A DNA stretch of 64,000 nucleotides from Atractiella rhizophila (Eukaryota). Below the pieces are notes generated by a model. That model saw only the letters and a list, made by a program, of their open reading frames with translations. It did no database searches and was not told the DNA's origin. Below are positions 27,596 through 41,071 of this stretch, in pieces. Both the position numbers and the translations under genes were made by a program. Location of the stretch: contig MU271304.1 of assembly GCA_021432655.1 (NCBI GenBank), forward strand, positions 1 to 64,000, read 5' to 3'. Every line of letters starts with the position of its first letter. The first letter of the stretch is position 1.

Positions 27596-28075
27596 ACCGC
27601 GTATGAAGGAATGAGGAACTCTTTGAACATTTCTTCCTATGATACAACAGCTGCGCTCTTGGAGCGTTGCGAGGTTTGGTCTTTGAGCTTTCCGTCCGGA
27701 CTGTGCATTTCGTTCAGCTTTTGTTCAGTCTGGTTGAATGGAGCTCTGATCGATCTGATCTCTGATGAAAAGATTTGAATGTAAAGGATTTGAATGAAAG
27801 AGAAACGTCAGACGACAGGAAAGCTGTCATTTTGATTTGAATGCGTTTACTTTATTCCGTCGTTTCTCCACCTCCCCTTCTCAGTTCTCGTGGAGTTGAC
27901 GCGTGGAAACACGTCCCAAGGTCCACCTTTGAATGAAGAACATGATCCCTCCCAGACCTAATCTGACCCGGCGCGGTTGACCCCACAAAATACGGATCGC
28001 ATAAAAAGAACGACCACGACCGCCTCAGCACTCGCCACCCGTACTGACTCCTGAGGCCCCTTCCATCCGCTCACA

Positions 28076-30281
28076 ATGCTGTCCCCAGCTCTTCTCTCTC
28101 GCTCCAGTCGCACGACTCTTCGTTACGCATCTCTTTATAGCGGCGCAAGGACGTTTGCTACTTCTGTCCCTTCTCGTGAGCCCCTTCCCTTCTAAGTGGA
28201 AAGGCGTGGTGATACCAGTGCTGGCGGAAGGAAATGGAAAAATCAAGGTTGATAATCCAGTCGTTGAGCTGGACGGTGACGAGATGACACGGGTATTTAT
28301 TCGCTATGGCAAGGTTGAAAAGAGTAGGAGCTGACGCGAAAAATGAAAGATAATTTGGCAATCCATCAGAGAAAAGGTGTGTCTCCTTCTTATGTATGTC
28401 GGGAAGGAAAGGAATGAAAGTGTGGTCATCTTAGCTAATACTGCCTCATTTGGACATCAATCTCAAATATCATGAGTGAGCATCTGCTTATCACACAAGC
28501 ACCGTGATCGAATTTCCTTGTGTGTCCAAACAGTTTGGGAATCGAGCACCGTGACTATACAGAGGACAAGGTGACGCTTGACGCCGCTGAAGGTGCGACT
28601 TCTGTTCTGCTCTATTAGAGTGCTAACTCACGAAGTTGAATTAGCCATCAAGAAGTATGGTGTTGGTGTCAAATGCGCGACCATCACACCGGACGAAGCA
28701 CGAGTAAAGGGTTCGTTTTTCACGCCAGTCTCTCACCCACCCCTTTTGCTTAGTCCTTTGGGATGGAAGAATTCAACCTGAAGAAGATGTGGAAGTCGCC
28801 TAATGGCACCATCCGCAACATCTTGAACGGCACAGTATTCCGTGCGCCAATCCTCCTCGAAAAGGTCCCACGGCTGGTCCCTGGATGGACGAAGCCGATA
28901 GTAGTCGGGCGACACGCACACGGCGATCAGTATCGTGCCACTGACATGCTGGTCCCTGCTGCGGGAAAGCTGGAGCTCGTCTTTACGCCCAAGGACGGTG
29001 GGGAGGTAAGGAGGTTTGATGTCAATGACTTTGACGGGCCGGGGATGGGACTGGTGCGCTTTTTCTCTCTTTCGCGGTCCGCGTGTGATTGATGGAGTTG
29101 TTGTGGAATTGTTTAGGCTATGTATAACACCGCAGAGTCGGTCCGGTCCTTTGCTCACTCTTCCTTCAAGATGGCTCTCGAAAAGAAGACGCCTATGTAC
29201 CTCGCGACCAAGAATACGATATTGAAGGTGTACGATGGACAGTGGAAGGACATCTTTCAGGAAATTTACGACACGTGAGCTTGCACTCTTTTGCAGTGAA
29301 ACATGCTTATTTATAAGTTTCTGGAAAGGCATTACGCTCAGGACTTCAAGAAGCTGAATATTTGGTATGAACATCGCCTGATCGATGACCTTGTCGCGTT
29401 CATGATCAAGTCGGAGGGGTTCGTTACTCTCTGAATTGTTGTCTCATGCGCTCACTCCTCCGTAGTGGATTCCTTCTTGCTCTCAAGAATTACGATGGGT
29501 AGGTTCCATCCTTAGAGTTGACCCAATGCTGACTCAGTACTCCACCAAGTGATGTGCAAAGCGACATCGTCGCTCAGGTACAACTCTACTGCTGCTTACG
29601 AATGCAAGTGTTGACAGGCTTCTGCAGGGCTACGGATCACTCGGATTGATGAGCAGTGAGCTATTAACACCTGACGGAAAGATTATGGAGTCTGAGGTAC
29701 GCCGTGCCTTTCTAAACGCTAAGAGCAATGCTGACGTTTGGGTGAAAGGCTGCTCACGGTTCGTCATCGCGTTTCCGTTGCTAAATAATGCTGAAGGGTC
29801 TGCATTCCTCGTCTTTAGGTACCGTTACACGGTAAGTCAAAGTCATGCAGCTTTTCATGTCCCCTAACGTTCCAACAGGCACTACCGCGAGCATCAGAAG
29901 GGCAATCCAACATCCACTAACAGTATCGCGAGCATTTACGCGTGGACCCGAGGATTGATTCATCGTGGCAAGTTGGATGGGAATGACAAGCTCATACAGT
30001 TCGCTAAAATGGTGGAGGAGAGCTGTGTGACGGCGGTGGATCAAGATAATGTCATGACTAAAGGTTTGTTCCTGCCCGATTTTCTGAACAAGATTAGCTC
30101 ATCCAGACTCGACAGATCTTGCTCTTGCGGTTCATGGGAAGAAGATGAAGCCAGGTATGCTTGTGACATGTTCGTGCTTGAGTCACTAACTAGTTTTGAT
30201 CGTGCAGAGCATTATGTGAATACCCAAGAGTTCATAGATCACGTCGCCAATTTGGTAGAGAAGAAACGTAGATCGAATTAA
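28076..30281 (+). CDS. IDP1: NADP-dependent isocitrate dehydrogenase, mitochondrial presequence; many short exons
   Basis: [67 protein letters not shown]. Confidence 0.97.
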
Positions 30282-30452
30282 GAAGAGCTATTTACCCTAC
30301 ACTTTCTCATACACTTTCTCAGAAGTTCAATGTGAGCCGAACCAACAGCAACTTGGAAGTGTTCTGCATGCTTGTAATTATACATAGGTATTTGCATACG
30401 AAATTTCCCTGTTTCATCACGGAAGTAGAAAGAACGAAAGAGCCAGAGGGAT

Positions 30453-33400
30453 TTAACAAGAAATGGATATCTCCAATTTTCGCAAGAGGGACTTGAGGTT
30501 CATACGACTATTTGACGATGCCGAAGCGTTCGTCAACCAAGCTTCCATGCTCTCCCTAATCTCCCCAAGTTCATCTGTAATGGGAAGAGACCCGCCGTCG
30601 CGAACAGTAGTAGGATTCAAGAGGATGTCAAAGAAACGGGTCCATAGATCGACTTGATGATATCGACGCAAAGTCTGATTGATGGTATACCTTTTCGAGC
30701 CGTCAGACATAACGACCACGTTCGTCTCCATGTATTTCCCAAAGAGGAGACAGTACGCGATTCCAGCGAGACCGTAGTAGTCAGGTTGATAAGACCATGG
30801 ACGTGATTCGCGCAACTCGATGCAATCGTATTTATCCGTTTGGAGATCTGAATTGAAGGTCTGGGAAGGCGGAAAGAGCGACATGTCTATGCTTCTTCCA
30901 AAATCAATCACCTTCACTCCTAGGTGCGACCAACCGCCAGAACCGGAGGGACTATAAACACTGTCCCAAGCCTTCGAACCACCAGGGATTTCGTCGAGAC
31001 GAAGCATAACGTTGTCAATCTTGAAATCCCCGTGCACAAATCCAGCTGAATGAAGGCCTTCAATGACACGCAACAGCTCGATGGTGAAGAAAATTGCGAG
31101 AACCTCCTCCAAACCGCCGTTGCTTGGCCCAAGATTGTACTCCGACGCACGATTCACCACATCCAACAGACTTCCGTGTTCGCAATAGTCGAGAAGGAGA
31201 TAGCCTTCATCGCTGTATCCGTAAAACGATTGAGGTCGAATGATTGAAGTTCGGAGTCGATCCTGCGACCGTCGGTGGATGTGCTGAAGAATAACAAACT
31301 CCCAGGGCTGACATGGCTTCTCAATCTTCACAGCGACGCAATCTCCATCCAAGTCCTCTGCCTCAAGCAGAAAGACAGATCCAAATGCTCCTTCTCCAAT
31401 TTTGCTCTTGACGGAAAAGTTTTGGTCCCCAAGCTCTAGAGGCCAACTCCGCTCGTCGACCCGCGAATGCCCGTTACTGCCAGACTTCCTGCTCTTCGCT
31501 TTTTTCTGCAAGCCTGCAAGCTTGTCGGCAACATCATTGGACAGACTGAAGAAGTTGTCCCATTCTGAAGGAAGATGGCTAGCCATCCTCATGACCGTTT
31601 CGCGCAAGGTGGGATCAAAAGGATCGCACGGATTGCTGAATCGGAGAGGTTGAAGAGAGCCCAAAGTCTTGTCAACAACGACCATGCTGTCCGTGACTTC
31701 CGTCTGATTACCAGCGATGGTGAGACCTTCCGGAAGCTGCAGAGAAGTGCCATCAGGGTTAAACGATCTGTGGGATTGATTGGTAGAACTAGGACTGCCA
31801 TTCCTAATGGAAATGGAGGTCACGCCTTCGTCACTAAATCGCTGTCGAGGCATGCTAATCTCTCCGTCCTTGCACGTCGTATCCCTCCAAACGCTTCCAT
31901 CTCCTTCTGGTAGTGCTGATGACACAAGACGATGCCCACCCTGGGACTCTTCCCTTGTATTGATAAACGCATTCTCCTCGTACTCGTCATCATCCGCTTG
32001 ATCTTCATCAATAAGGTCGAGAGGCCGCGCTTTGTATACACTGGTGTGTTGAGACCACGCCGTGAACTCTTGTGTTCGCTCAGTAATGGGGGTCATGATG
32101 TGCATCATATTTTCGAATGGTACTCCGGCGAGACCTCGTCCTCCCATTCCTCTGTGCATCTGCTGGTACTGTTGATACGCAGAAGCTTCTTCCATTATCG
32201 ACTCTTCATCTTGAAGTGGGTGCGTTTCAGGTGCCGGAGGCGTATAATGGTCGTAGATCGATTCGTCAACTTCGTTCATGTGAGAAGCCATCCCGCTTTG
32301 GCTGGAGACCACATGTTCCGGCTCTCCTTCTTCGTCAGTCGACGAAAGCCCATCTTCAGAACTCTCTTCTTTAAAATTGTGCCCGTCAAATGCAAAGGTT
32401 TGTGTTGCGTCACTGGCAAAAAGATTGTCGATAGCTCGTTCGGCCGCCTTTGTAACCATCGTTGGACTGGAAACGTGAATTTTCGCCAGTGCATCGGCAG
32501 TCATCATCGTAGGAGATGGGAGATGAAAGTTTTTATTCCTTCGTTGCTGCTCCGGCGTCATTGGAGTATCAAACGATTGGTCTTCCGGCTGTCTTCTGCC
32601 TGGAGGAGTTGCACTATGACTTTCGACGACATTCCGTACTGGTCGCGATGCTGGAGGAGTTTTCTCATCCTCGTCTTCCTCACTAAAGACCTGGAAAGCA
32701 GGCTTTTGGGTCGACATTTGAGGTTGGGGAACAGCATCCTCCTCTGCGAACACTTCAAAAGCAGGTTTTCTCAGTGATGGAGGAGGTGGAGTATCAAAGT
32801 TGTCCTCTGAATACACTTGGAAAGCGGGCTGACGAGGTGGTTGCGCATTTTCGTCAAAGACCTGAAACGCTTGCTTAGAGCGGGAAGAGAGAGGTCTTCT
32901 GCTCGAAAAGGGATGCGATGGCGAAGGAGTCTTCACGTCCTGAGGCTCACTTCGGCGAATGTAATCCCATAAGGCGTCTGATATGATTGTCAGTCACATA
33001 TAGCGACGGTGGTCAACACACCATCTGTTTGGGGGTCTCGCTCCACAACTGTGTGCATCGTGGCGTCCATTTTAAATCGCTCTGCCATCCTCTTTCAGTT
33101 ATTGTGAGCGAGATATATATTTAAAAAATGCTCACTCCTCGTCCTCAGAGCTTCCTGGACCCACGGTTCATCTGCGTTACTTTTCAGGCCCAATGCCTGT
33201 ATTAAAATCTCTTCGGGTGACGCGTCATTATAGGCTAAAGAGTCGAATATTGCTTTTGAACTTGTTGCCACTGCCGAGCTGCTCTTTTTGTCCTTCTCTC
33301 CAGATCTGACACGCTCACGCTCCTTCCCTTTGTTAGAAGTGGAAGATGACGATGTATTCGTACGCTGATGCGCCTTATGGCTCCTCTTCTTCTCCTCTTG

Positions 33401-34811
33401 ATCCTTTATCTTGCTCGTTGTCGACGTTGAGGCTGAGGATTCTTTGCGCGATGTTTCCGATGGCTGAGGTCGTGGTGGAAGGGACGGGGCTGGTGCGTCG
33501 ATCGGAGCGGACTGCTGATCCAAGGGAATAGCGAAGAGATCAGGGAGGGCGGAGTAATTCTTGAAAGGATTCAGACGTAGGAGCTCTGCTTCCGTCTTAC
33601 CACGGCGTGGGATTGACTTAGAAACTGAAGCAGGGACTCCTCCGGGTGTAAAAGGGGATCGTAGGTTGGTGAGCATGTCGTTGTCCTATTTTATCGTCAG
33701 TCCCTCGCTTCGCTGCAACACAGTTGAACTGTACCTCATCTACAAACACCTCGATCCGTTCCTTCGCAACGCCTCGTCCAGGAGTCATGGGCATCGTCTC
33801 CCCTTGCACCCAAGGTCTGACCTCTACCTCATTCTCCTTCTTCCTGTCCTTCCTCCCCTCCAACTCATCCCACTTCCCTTCTTCTTCGTCTTTCGAGTTT
33901 CCATTCTCGTCCTCATAGATCGTAAACGCCTGTGCTCCATTGTTTTTCAGCTTTGGTGGCGCGGTAGAGCTCCCCAATGGCCGCGCTTTATTTCCTCCCA
34001 GTGCTGGGCGCGAGGATGACGAGGAATTTGTTGTCCGATTGGCTGGATCCGGGACAGTAGGTGCAACGAGCATGCGCGCTTGAAACGCTTCATATCGCTT
34101 TTGTAGACGAATAAAAGGGGAAGCTCGACGAGCAATACCGAGGGAATAGATTGATGCAGCCTCCTTCCGCCTTTCAGAAGCCCTCAATCCCTTCCTCTGT
34201 GTTCCAAAACAAATAACTTACCTTCCTTCCGACTCTAAATCCAGAGCCAACTCCTCATATAAACTCCCATGGCTCGTGCCAATCTCATTAGCAAAGAGAA
34301 ATCTCCAAACATCAACCCTGAACTCCGTGTCTAACTGCTTCGCATAGAGCGTCCACAGCTTCAGGTACCTCAAGTCCTGCTTATATCTGCCATCTCCCAC
34401 AAACTTTCTCGTCGCTTTCTCCAGCAGAGGAATGAGCGCTGTCGCTCCAGCGGAATTAGAAACCATAGCTCCACCGCTAGGATAGGCACCGATGATCCAC
34501 TTGACATATCGATGATAAGAGTCGAGCGGATCTTCAAGGGCGTCCATTCCCACTCGTCCAGTCGAAATGAGCTCATCATAGTCCTTTTCCCCATTCTCAA
34601 ACTCCTCTAAAGCCGCAATCTCCTCTTGGAACTGCTTGTGGCCCTTTTCCAAGTCGGATTGCAGTGCTCGCGAATCGGAGGAGAACACTTTGGTGAGTTT
34701 GGAAGCTGACCGTCCGAACGAGACTGGCCGTATGTTTTCTTTCTGATCTTCGAGGACCTCAAAGTCAACTGGTGGGCGAGAAGGCGTTTGGAGTGGTGAA
34801 TCCGTCGACAT
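30453..34811 (-). CDS. BUB1: Spindle checkpoint kinase Bub1 (unduplicated MadBub type); multi-exon
   Basis: KEN box (QKENIRP), Mad3/Bub1 TPR region (RYKQDLRYLKLW), and a C-terminal kinase (GEGAFG, HGDFKIDN, IDFGRSID, DYYGLAG). Confidence 0.95.
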
Positions 34812-34856
34812 TATGTGCTCAAGCGAAAATCGAGCTCGTTTGTTCCCTCAACCTGA

Positions 34857-34906
34857 GTAAACAAAACTGGAGAGGCGAGGCGATCTAGGGTCAGGGTTAC
34901 GCGTCA
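34857..34906. promoter_or_regulatory. Putative BUB1 promoter module: forkhead site, telomere-like box, MCB
   Basis: GTAAACAA at 34857-34864, CTAGGGTCAGGGTTA at 34885-34899 and ACGCGT at 34899-34904, all within 100 bp of the BUB1 ATG. Confidence 0.5.
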
Positions 34907-35154
34907 GTCACCTGATTTTCTGCAGGTGTTCAAGTGTTCAAGAGGGTGTTCAAGTCGTGCCAGCTGAGAATTGTTCCATACAAAATACAAGTCTTGATTT
35001 TCACCCAGAGTCAGTGTTAATGCTACACCAGAATCTCCTTCCCAATTTAAGCTGAAGGCGAATACAACATCAGTACCACCAAACAAATGTGATGAATTCT
35101 TCTTGATCATCCCCTCCAACCCGCACGGCACCTTTAAACCGCTCCAAAGTCCGT

Positions 35155-37550
35155 TTAATGCAAGACGTCGTCCCAATCCTGGGTTTCCCAAGCCCTACCG
35201 ACCGTTTTGGAAAGGTCGTCGATCTTGTTCTTTGACCAGTAACCGGCATGGATCTTCGCGTCGATTTCTACTCGAGAGTCCGCTGTAGCCCATTCCACCA
35301 ATCACGTCAACTGAGAAAGAAGGAGGGAATGATGACGCACGCGGAATCATCGAGTCTGGAATTTCGTGACGTGACAAGATTGGAATGCCCGATTGCACTG
35401 GTTCATAACAGCTCAATTCATAGGGCAGTGAGTTGAGAAAGGAAGGACAAACCTATGGCGTCGTGCTTCATATCACTCATGGACATCATTCTGTCAATCT
35501 ATCCACCGCAACTCATTAGCTGGACATTTAAAATGGGGAAGTAGAAGGCACCAACTTTTTTAATTCCCAACCAATGGAGCACATCGGGCATAAGGGCTTG
35601 GAAGCGCATATCCTATCCATCTCTCTTCAGAGTTATCCTGGCAAGGAAAAAACAACGCACCTTGACACCAGCGATGTTCTCGGTTCTCAGAAAGTAATGT
35701 TCGGCACTATCGCCTCCCCTCTTCCGAGCGTTGTAGACCAGGTATTTCGTCACTTCTCCCAAAGCCCTTCCTTCTTTTCGAAAGTAAATGACGACTCCAC
35801 TCCCTCCCCTTTGTGCGCACTTTACTGCCTGCCAATCCATATTTTGGTCATTCCATTTTCTTCACCTGCTGGACGGAAAGGGGACAAACCTCTGAAATTC
35901 CGTATACTAGGTATGGCTTGCATGTACAGATGTCAGAACCAAAGACGTCTGAGCCATTACACTCGTCGTGCCTGTGATCAAAAACCATCACTCAATGTTC
36001 ATAACCTCAGGAAGAAAAAATACTCACACTCTCAGGGTCAACTCCTTGGTCTCATCTGATACAAATGCAGGGTTTCCAAATATATAAACTGTGAGACCAC
36101 CGATAGGAGGGAGGAAGAGTTTGAGATCAGGACGACTAATGAGTTCGGGATACATTCCACCTGTATCCTCGAACAATGCTCGTCGGAGTAAAGCCTCAGA
36201 AATGCCAAAACGTTTCGCCACGCCGGGGAGGTACCACACCTTTGTTCAAACCGAAGCAAGTTAGTTATCTTTTCCCGAAAGAGGAAGATAATGTACGGGT
36301 TCGACGGCTGCCTTTCCAACATTCAACTCCACTCCATCCTCGTGGAAGCCCTCTCTGGTCTTCATCGTCACCTCACCATTGCTGCTCCCATCAAAGCTTT
36401 CTTTTCCTTCAGACCATTCGGCGCTCCACTGCTTCGGCGCAGGCATCACAATCTTTCCATCCACCTCCAGTTCTCCCTTCCTGACCAAATCATCGATTTC
36501 CGCCAACTTCATATGCGCTTTTGTGATCGCAATCGTCGGGCGGACATCGACACCGGCGTCTAGGTGTTCTTTGAAGATTGTGGGCACGAGATGGCCGTAT
36601 GGATCGAGTGAGACAATTTTATCTGGATCCGACCAGGACGGTTGAGGCGGGAGGGAAAACGGTGGTTGGGTATTGGTGAAATCTGGGCGGAAGAGAGGGT
36701 CGACGACGCCAATCGCACCAGCCAAAGCTACATCATATCTCGATTCAGCTCTTTGCACCACTGCATGATCGGAAATAGAAATACCCTTGTACACGCAGTA
36801 GCTTCCACCATAAGCTCCAATAGAGTTCCGAATGCGGATTGATGCTGGATGCCTGCATCATGCAACAATAGCTTTTTATTAGCTTGCTTGGATCGCAGGG
36901 ATAGAACGACGTGAGGGATGAAAGGGATCCCGAACCTGGATGCGATGACGGGGCCACGACGGAGAGGATCGGGATGTCCCCAATGGAGAGGGATGGGTTC
37001 AACGCCGACTGGGTAGCACGATCTCTCAGCTTTAAGAGAACAAAGAGGCGCATAAACCGGTAGGGCTCACCCGTTCCCGGATAAGCTAAAATCTGCAATC
37101 AACGCCAATGCCACTTCGCATGAAACGAAAGTACATACTTGTAAGCACGACTCGACTAGGGTACTGGCTCGTGGTTGCAGAGTCCAGCATAGAACTCGTA
37201 GCGAGCGCGGTATCGTTTTCCCGTACCCAGTTTAAGAACTTCTCCTTCTCCTTCGTATCCCTCTCATCCGTGCTATTCCTCATCGCTCTCCCTCCGATCC
37301 CGATCCCACTCCCGGTTCGAGGCGGCGACATAGAAAGCGGTAAAGGTGCAGGCGGTGAAGAGGAGAGCGCACGCTGTGGCCCTAAGTCTGGAGTGGCGGG
37401 AGATCGCAAGGAGGCGCCATTGACTTGCTGTGATAAGGCGTCCACCTGCCCGATCATTATCAGCTTGCTGATTTGGAACGAGATTGAGTCTACCTTGTTA
37501 GAAAGAGCGCTGAGCTGATTGAGTATCTCAGTGAGAACTGTGGCTTCCAT
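35155..37550 (-). CDS. URG1: GTP cyclohydrolase II-like uracil-regulated protein; multi-exon
   Basis: GAYGGSYCVYKG, PDFTNTQP, KIVSLDPYGH, RPTIAITKAHM, WYLPGVAKRFG, LFLPPIGGLTVYIFG, GVVIYFRKEGRALGEVTKYLVYNARKR, RVEIDAKIHAGY. Confidence 0.9.
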
Positions 37551-37773
37551 GATAAATGGTAATCTTGAATTTGACGCTGACAAGTGGATTCGGATTGGTC
37601 GACGCGTTGATCTCTAGCGCTTGTTCGTGTTTGTCTCCTTCAGCCAATGTTTCTAAGCAGACCAGGAATCCGAATCCGCTAGAGCTAGGTAGCTCAGAGA
37701 GCAGGCTGAGCGACAGTACACAGGAGCTGAAGAAGAGCGTTGAAGGGTCTGAAAGGCTTCAATCGCCACTGCC

Positions 37774-39454
37774 ATGGCCGGTTTCGCGGTCGCCCCAATC
37801 CACTGCCGCACGTCTCCTTCTCAGCTCGTCAAACGCCTCCCAGTGGTCATCATCTGGATCCTCTTTGCATGGGCCTACTTTGGCAGCGTCGCAGTTTGCA
37901 TCATACACTACACTTGGCTCACCAGACATGATGGGTGGACAGCAATCTGGAGGGCTGCAGTGTTCCATGCGCTATGGATCGCTAGTGTTTCCAGCTATGT
38001 GTTAACCATGGTACGCTCCTTCATGTCAAGATTTTCGCTGTCTCAAGGGATGGTGATATGGAACCTCTATGGGTAGAAAAATGGCGCTGGACCGGTGTTG
38101 GCCCATCCTCCTCGCTCACAAGACTTGGAAGAACTCTCAAAGTTGCCCTCTCGAACCGTCCACAAGCGAGGCCTCGGTCGTCCGTCGTCTTCCTCTTCAG
38201 TCGAAACTATAGTCCCTCTTCTCTCCTCGTACGAACAAGCTCCATACCAATCAAAATCCAAACCCAAACACGTACACTCCATCCTCCCTTTGCACAAGGA
38301 CGATCTAGACCAACGGGATGTTCGAGAAGAGGAAGAGGAGGAAGGGATGGAGTTACTCGACGCGCTCACATTGAAGACGGAGAATGAGAATGAGCATTGG
38401 GACGATGGAACGGTTAGAGAGGAATGTGTAATGGTTAAGAGCGACGGGACCGGAAGGTTCTGTAAAAAGTGTCAAGTTCCGAAACCAGACCGAGGTGAGA
38501 GTCTTTGGGTGGGCGAGTGAGGCAGCACTGACTGGTTCTCTATCGTGGGCAGCACACCACTGCAGTATTTGCAACAAATGCTTCCTGAAACACGACCATC
38601 ACTGTCCATGGACAGGTACGTCCTTTCGCCTTTTCCCCCCAAGACGTGATATTTATTGTTTCCGAAGGTGGATGCGTCGGACTGTACAATTACAAGCAGT
38701 TCCTGGTCTGTCATTTCCTCCACCGACCAGAAAGTCACTGAGAGTATGGCCAGCTTTTCATCTTCTACTCCAGCTTTATGTGTGCCTTTGCCTGCTACCT
38801 AGGCACCATCACACTCATAGATTACATTGATAATGTTTCCTCCGCCGTTAGTCTCCATTGGCCTGTGCATACCCTGTTAACTGTGATACATAGGACCTGG
38901 GCGAATTTTTCCCCGTCCTATGTGCCTTTCTCGCCCTTTCAGGAGGTTCCGTCGGTGCCACAGTGGGAGGATTCACCATGTACCACATCAGTCTCCTCCT
39001 ACGGAACCTCACGACAATCGAGGCGATGGAACGGTCGAACCCTTTCCGAGTCAAGCTCCCGACATTGAACGAAGAGGAGTACCCACCTTGGGCTTTCAAG
39101 GCAGATCATATGTTGACGAGGGCAGAGAGAGAGGCATTGATCAGTGCAGGCGAGAGGTGGAGGGTTTATGATCTCGGATGGAGACGGAATTGGGTACAGG
39201 TGTTTGGGAGGGATTGGAGGATTTGGTTCCTGCCTGTCAATCGAATACGGTCCGTCTGTCCTTTCTCAGCAATGATTGGCGTGTTGATACGCTGTCTTAG
39301 ACCGTGGGAGGGCTACAAGTTCCCGATCAATGAGGCCAACCTCGAACGATTGCAGAAGGTCACAAAGGAGATAAGGCTCAACGAACCGAGTCCAACGCTC
39401 TCATTCGCTTCTCGTTCATCGCATTCGCATTCACGGTCAGCTTCGTTCGCATGA
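37774..39454 (+). CDS. DHHC palmitoyltransferase (Pfa3-like); multi-exon
   Basis: RFCKKCQVPKPDR|AHHCSICNKCFLKHDHHCPW|GGCVGLYNYK, NLTTIE, YDLGWRRNWVQVFG. Confidence 0.92.
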
Positions 39455-39755
39455 CCCATGTCTTCCCTTTTCTGCACATTATATCTTAAACCATGCAAGA
39501 TTTGTCTGTCTACATTTTTACTGGTACAACGTCGTTAATGATTCGCGGACGATTTTCAGGGAAGAAGCCTGAGGACTTTTTGAGACAGTGCTAGATGAGT
39601 ACCTCAATACGTTTGACAGTGCTGTTGTAATTTGTGGCTGACAAGCAATTTATTATGCATTTCATCTTCTTTTCTGTTGATACACGCGGTGCCGTTTCCC
39701 TTGCTGCTCCGTTCGAATGGAAGAGCTTGAAGGATGCTGATTGAGAAAGAATCCA

Positions 39756-40420
39756 CTAAAGTACCTGTGATTGCAGTGAAGGCATAGATTGGTGAAGCGT
39801 GGATATTTTTTGATCCCTTCTGCCAGGTTGCTTTTGAATTGCGGCCTCTGTCAGGTGGCCACCGTCAGACTCGCCGGAAGTGGCTATTGCCTCTTTTGTT
39901 GATCCTGAGCGAAATTTTGTCTTCTGCTCGCTGCTAATGGTACCTTGGCTGACTCTCACTTTCAAGGAAGGTGCCCAATCAAAGACAAATTCGTAAGGCA
40001 TCTATCAATCTCAAAATGATAAAATGTGCCGAAAGAATGCTTACATCATTCTCCTTGGCCCTCGTTGCCCGTAACACACCTTCAAATATTCCACATCGAC
40101 GGGAAGTGGGCCATCAGGTGGTTTCTTGATTCCACATAACAATCACCCAATCCGCTACATCTCAGGAAACAGGGACGTATTTCTTCAGATTCCCCCAAGT
40201 TAGTTGAAGCGACGATTGCAGAGCAAAAACCGCCAGCCAAGCTATCCCTCATTTATTGCAAGCTTCAATGCGTCATGTCCACCATGAGCCTAACAACTCA
40301 GTGTATGCCAGCAAAAAGCGAAGAATGAGGCAATAAACGTACTGTCTTGACATGGGGTGACTTTTCCACTTCCACCGCTGGCTCAATGACTTAACGCCTA
40401 CAGACAGAACCATGCAACCT
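39756..40420 (-). pseudogene. Possible decayed spliced gene of unknown family
   Basis: Exon-like block 40045-40289 is bounded by canonical splice signals and splices in phase into ORF 39756..40001, but carries four in-frame TGA codons. Confidence 0.35.
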
Positions 40421-41071
40421 GGTTACAAGCTACAACCATATTACTGGCATGAAGAAAATCTCAAACAGGATTAATCCGAATAGACCTTCTCAAGGTCCTT
40501 GGAAATATATATTTTGCGCCTGCCCTTGAGAGCTTGAGCTACTTCCTCGTCACGCGTCAGTAATATGTGAAAGGCGTTCAGGTCGACACGACTATCTCGA
40601 GCAGCCGTTCCACATTTACTAACAGTTATTTACTAGATTCGCATACAACGTGAACGATAATAATATGTCAACGTGCCTATCCCGAAAAGATTGTGTCTAG
40701 AGACGAAAGCACATTGCTTGGATCTTATGGTTGCGATGATGTGGACTACATGCACAAGATACAGTAGTTTTGTAATGTGGTCCAAAACATGCGAAGGTAA
40801 TCTGAAACATATCAAATTTCACACCAGGGCTAAGCCTCGAATAACAACTTAAAGGAATAACATCATTAATATTTTTCGATTATGGTTGTAATATTATCGA
40901 TTATGGTTGTGAAGTTATGTTGAGGGAAGACTAGGTTCCGCTTCCGCCCATTGCCGCCACCAGCAGTTCGCCAGCAAAGAAAGTACGAGGTTTGGTTTGT
41001 TGACAGCAACTACTCCAACTTTAGGTTGTTTCTCAAGGACATTGACGTTGGGACCGAGTGCGAAGTGCAAA

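Noticed and set aside
31932..32777. 281-aa plus-strand ORF and similar long antisense ORFs
   Set aside because: These are shadows of real genes on the opposite strand (here BUB1) with no protein-family motifs.
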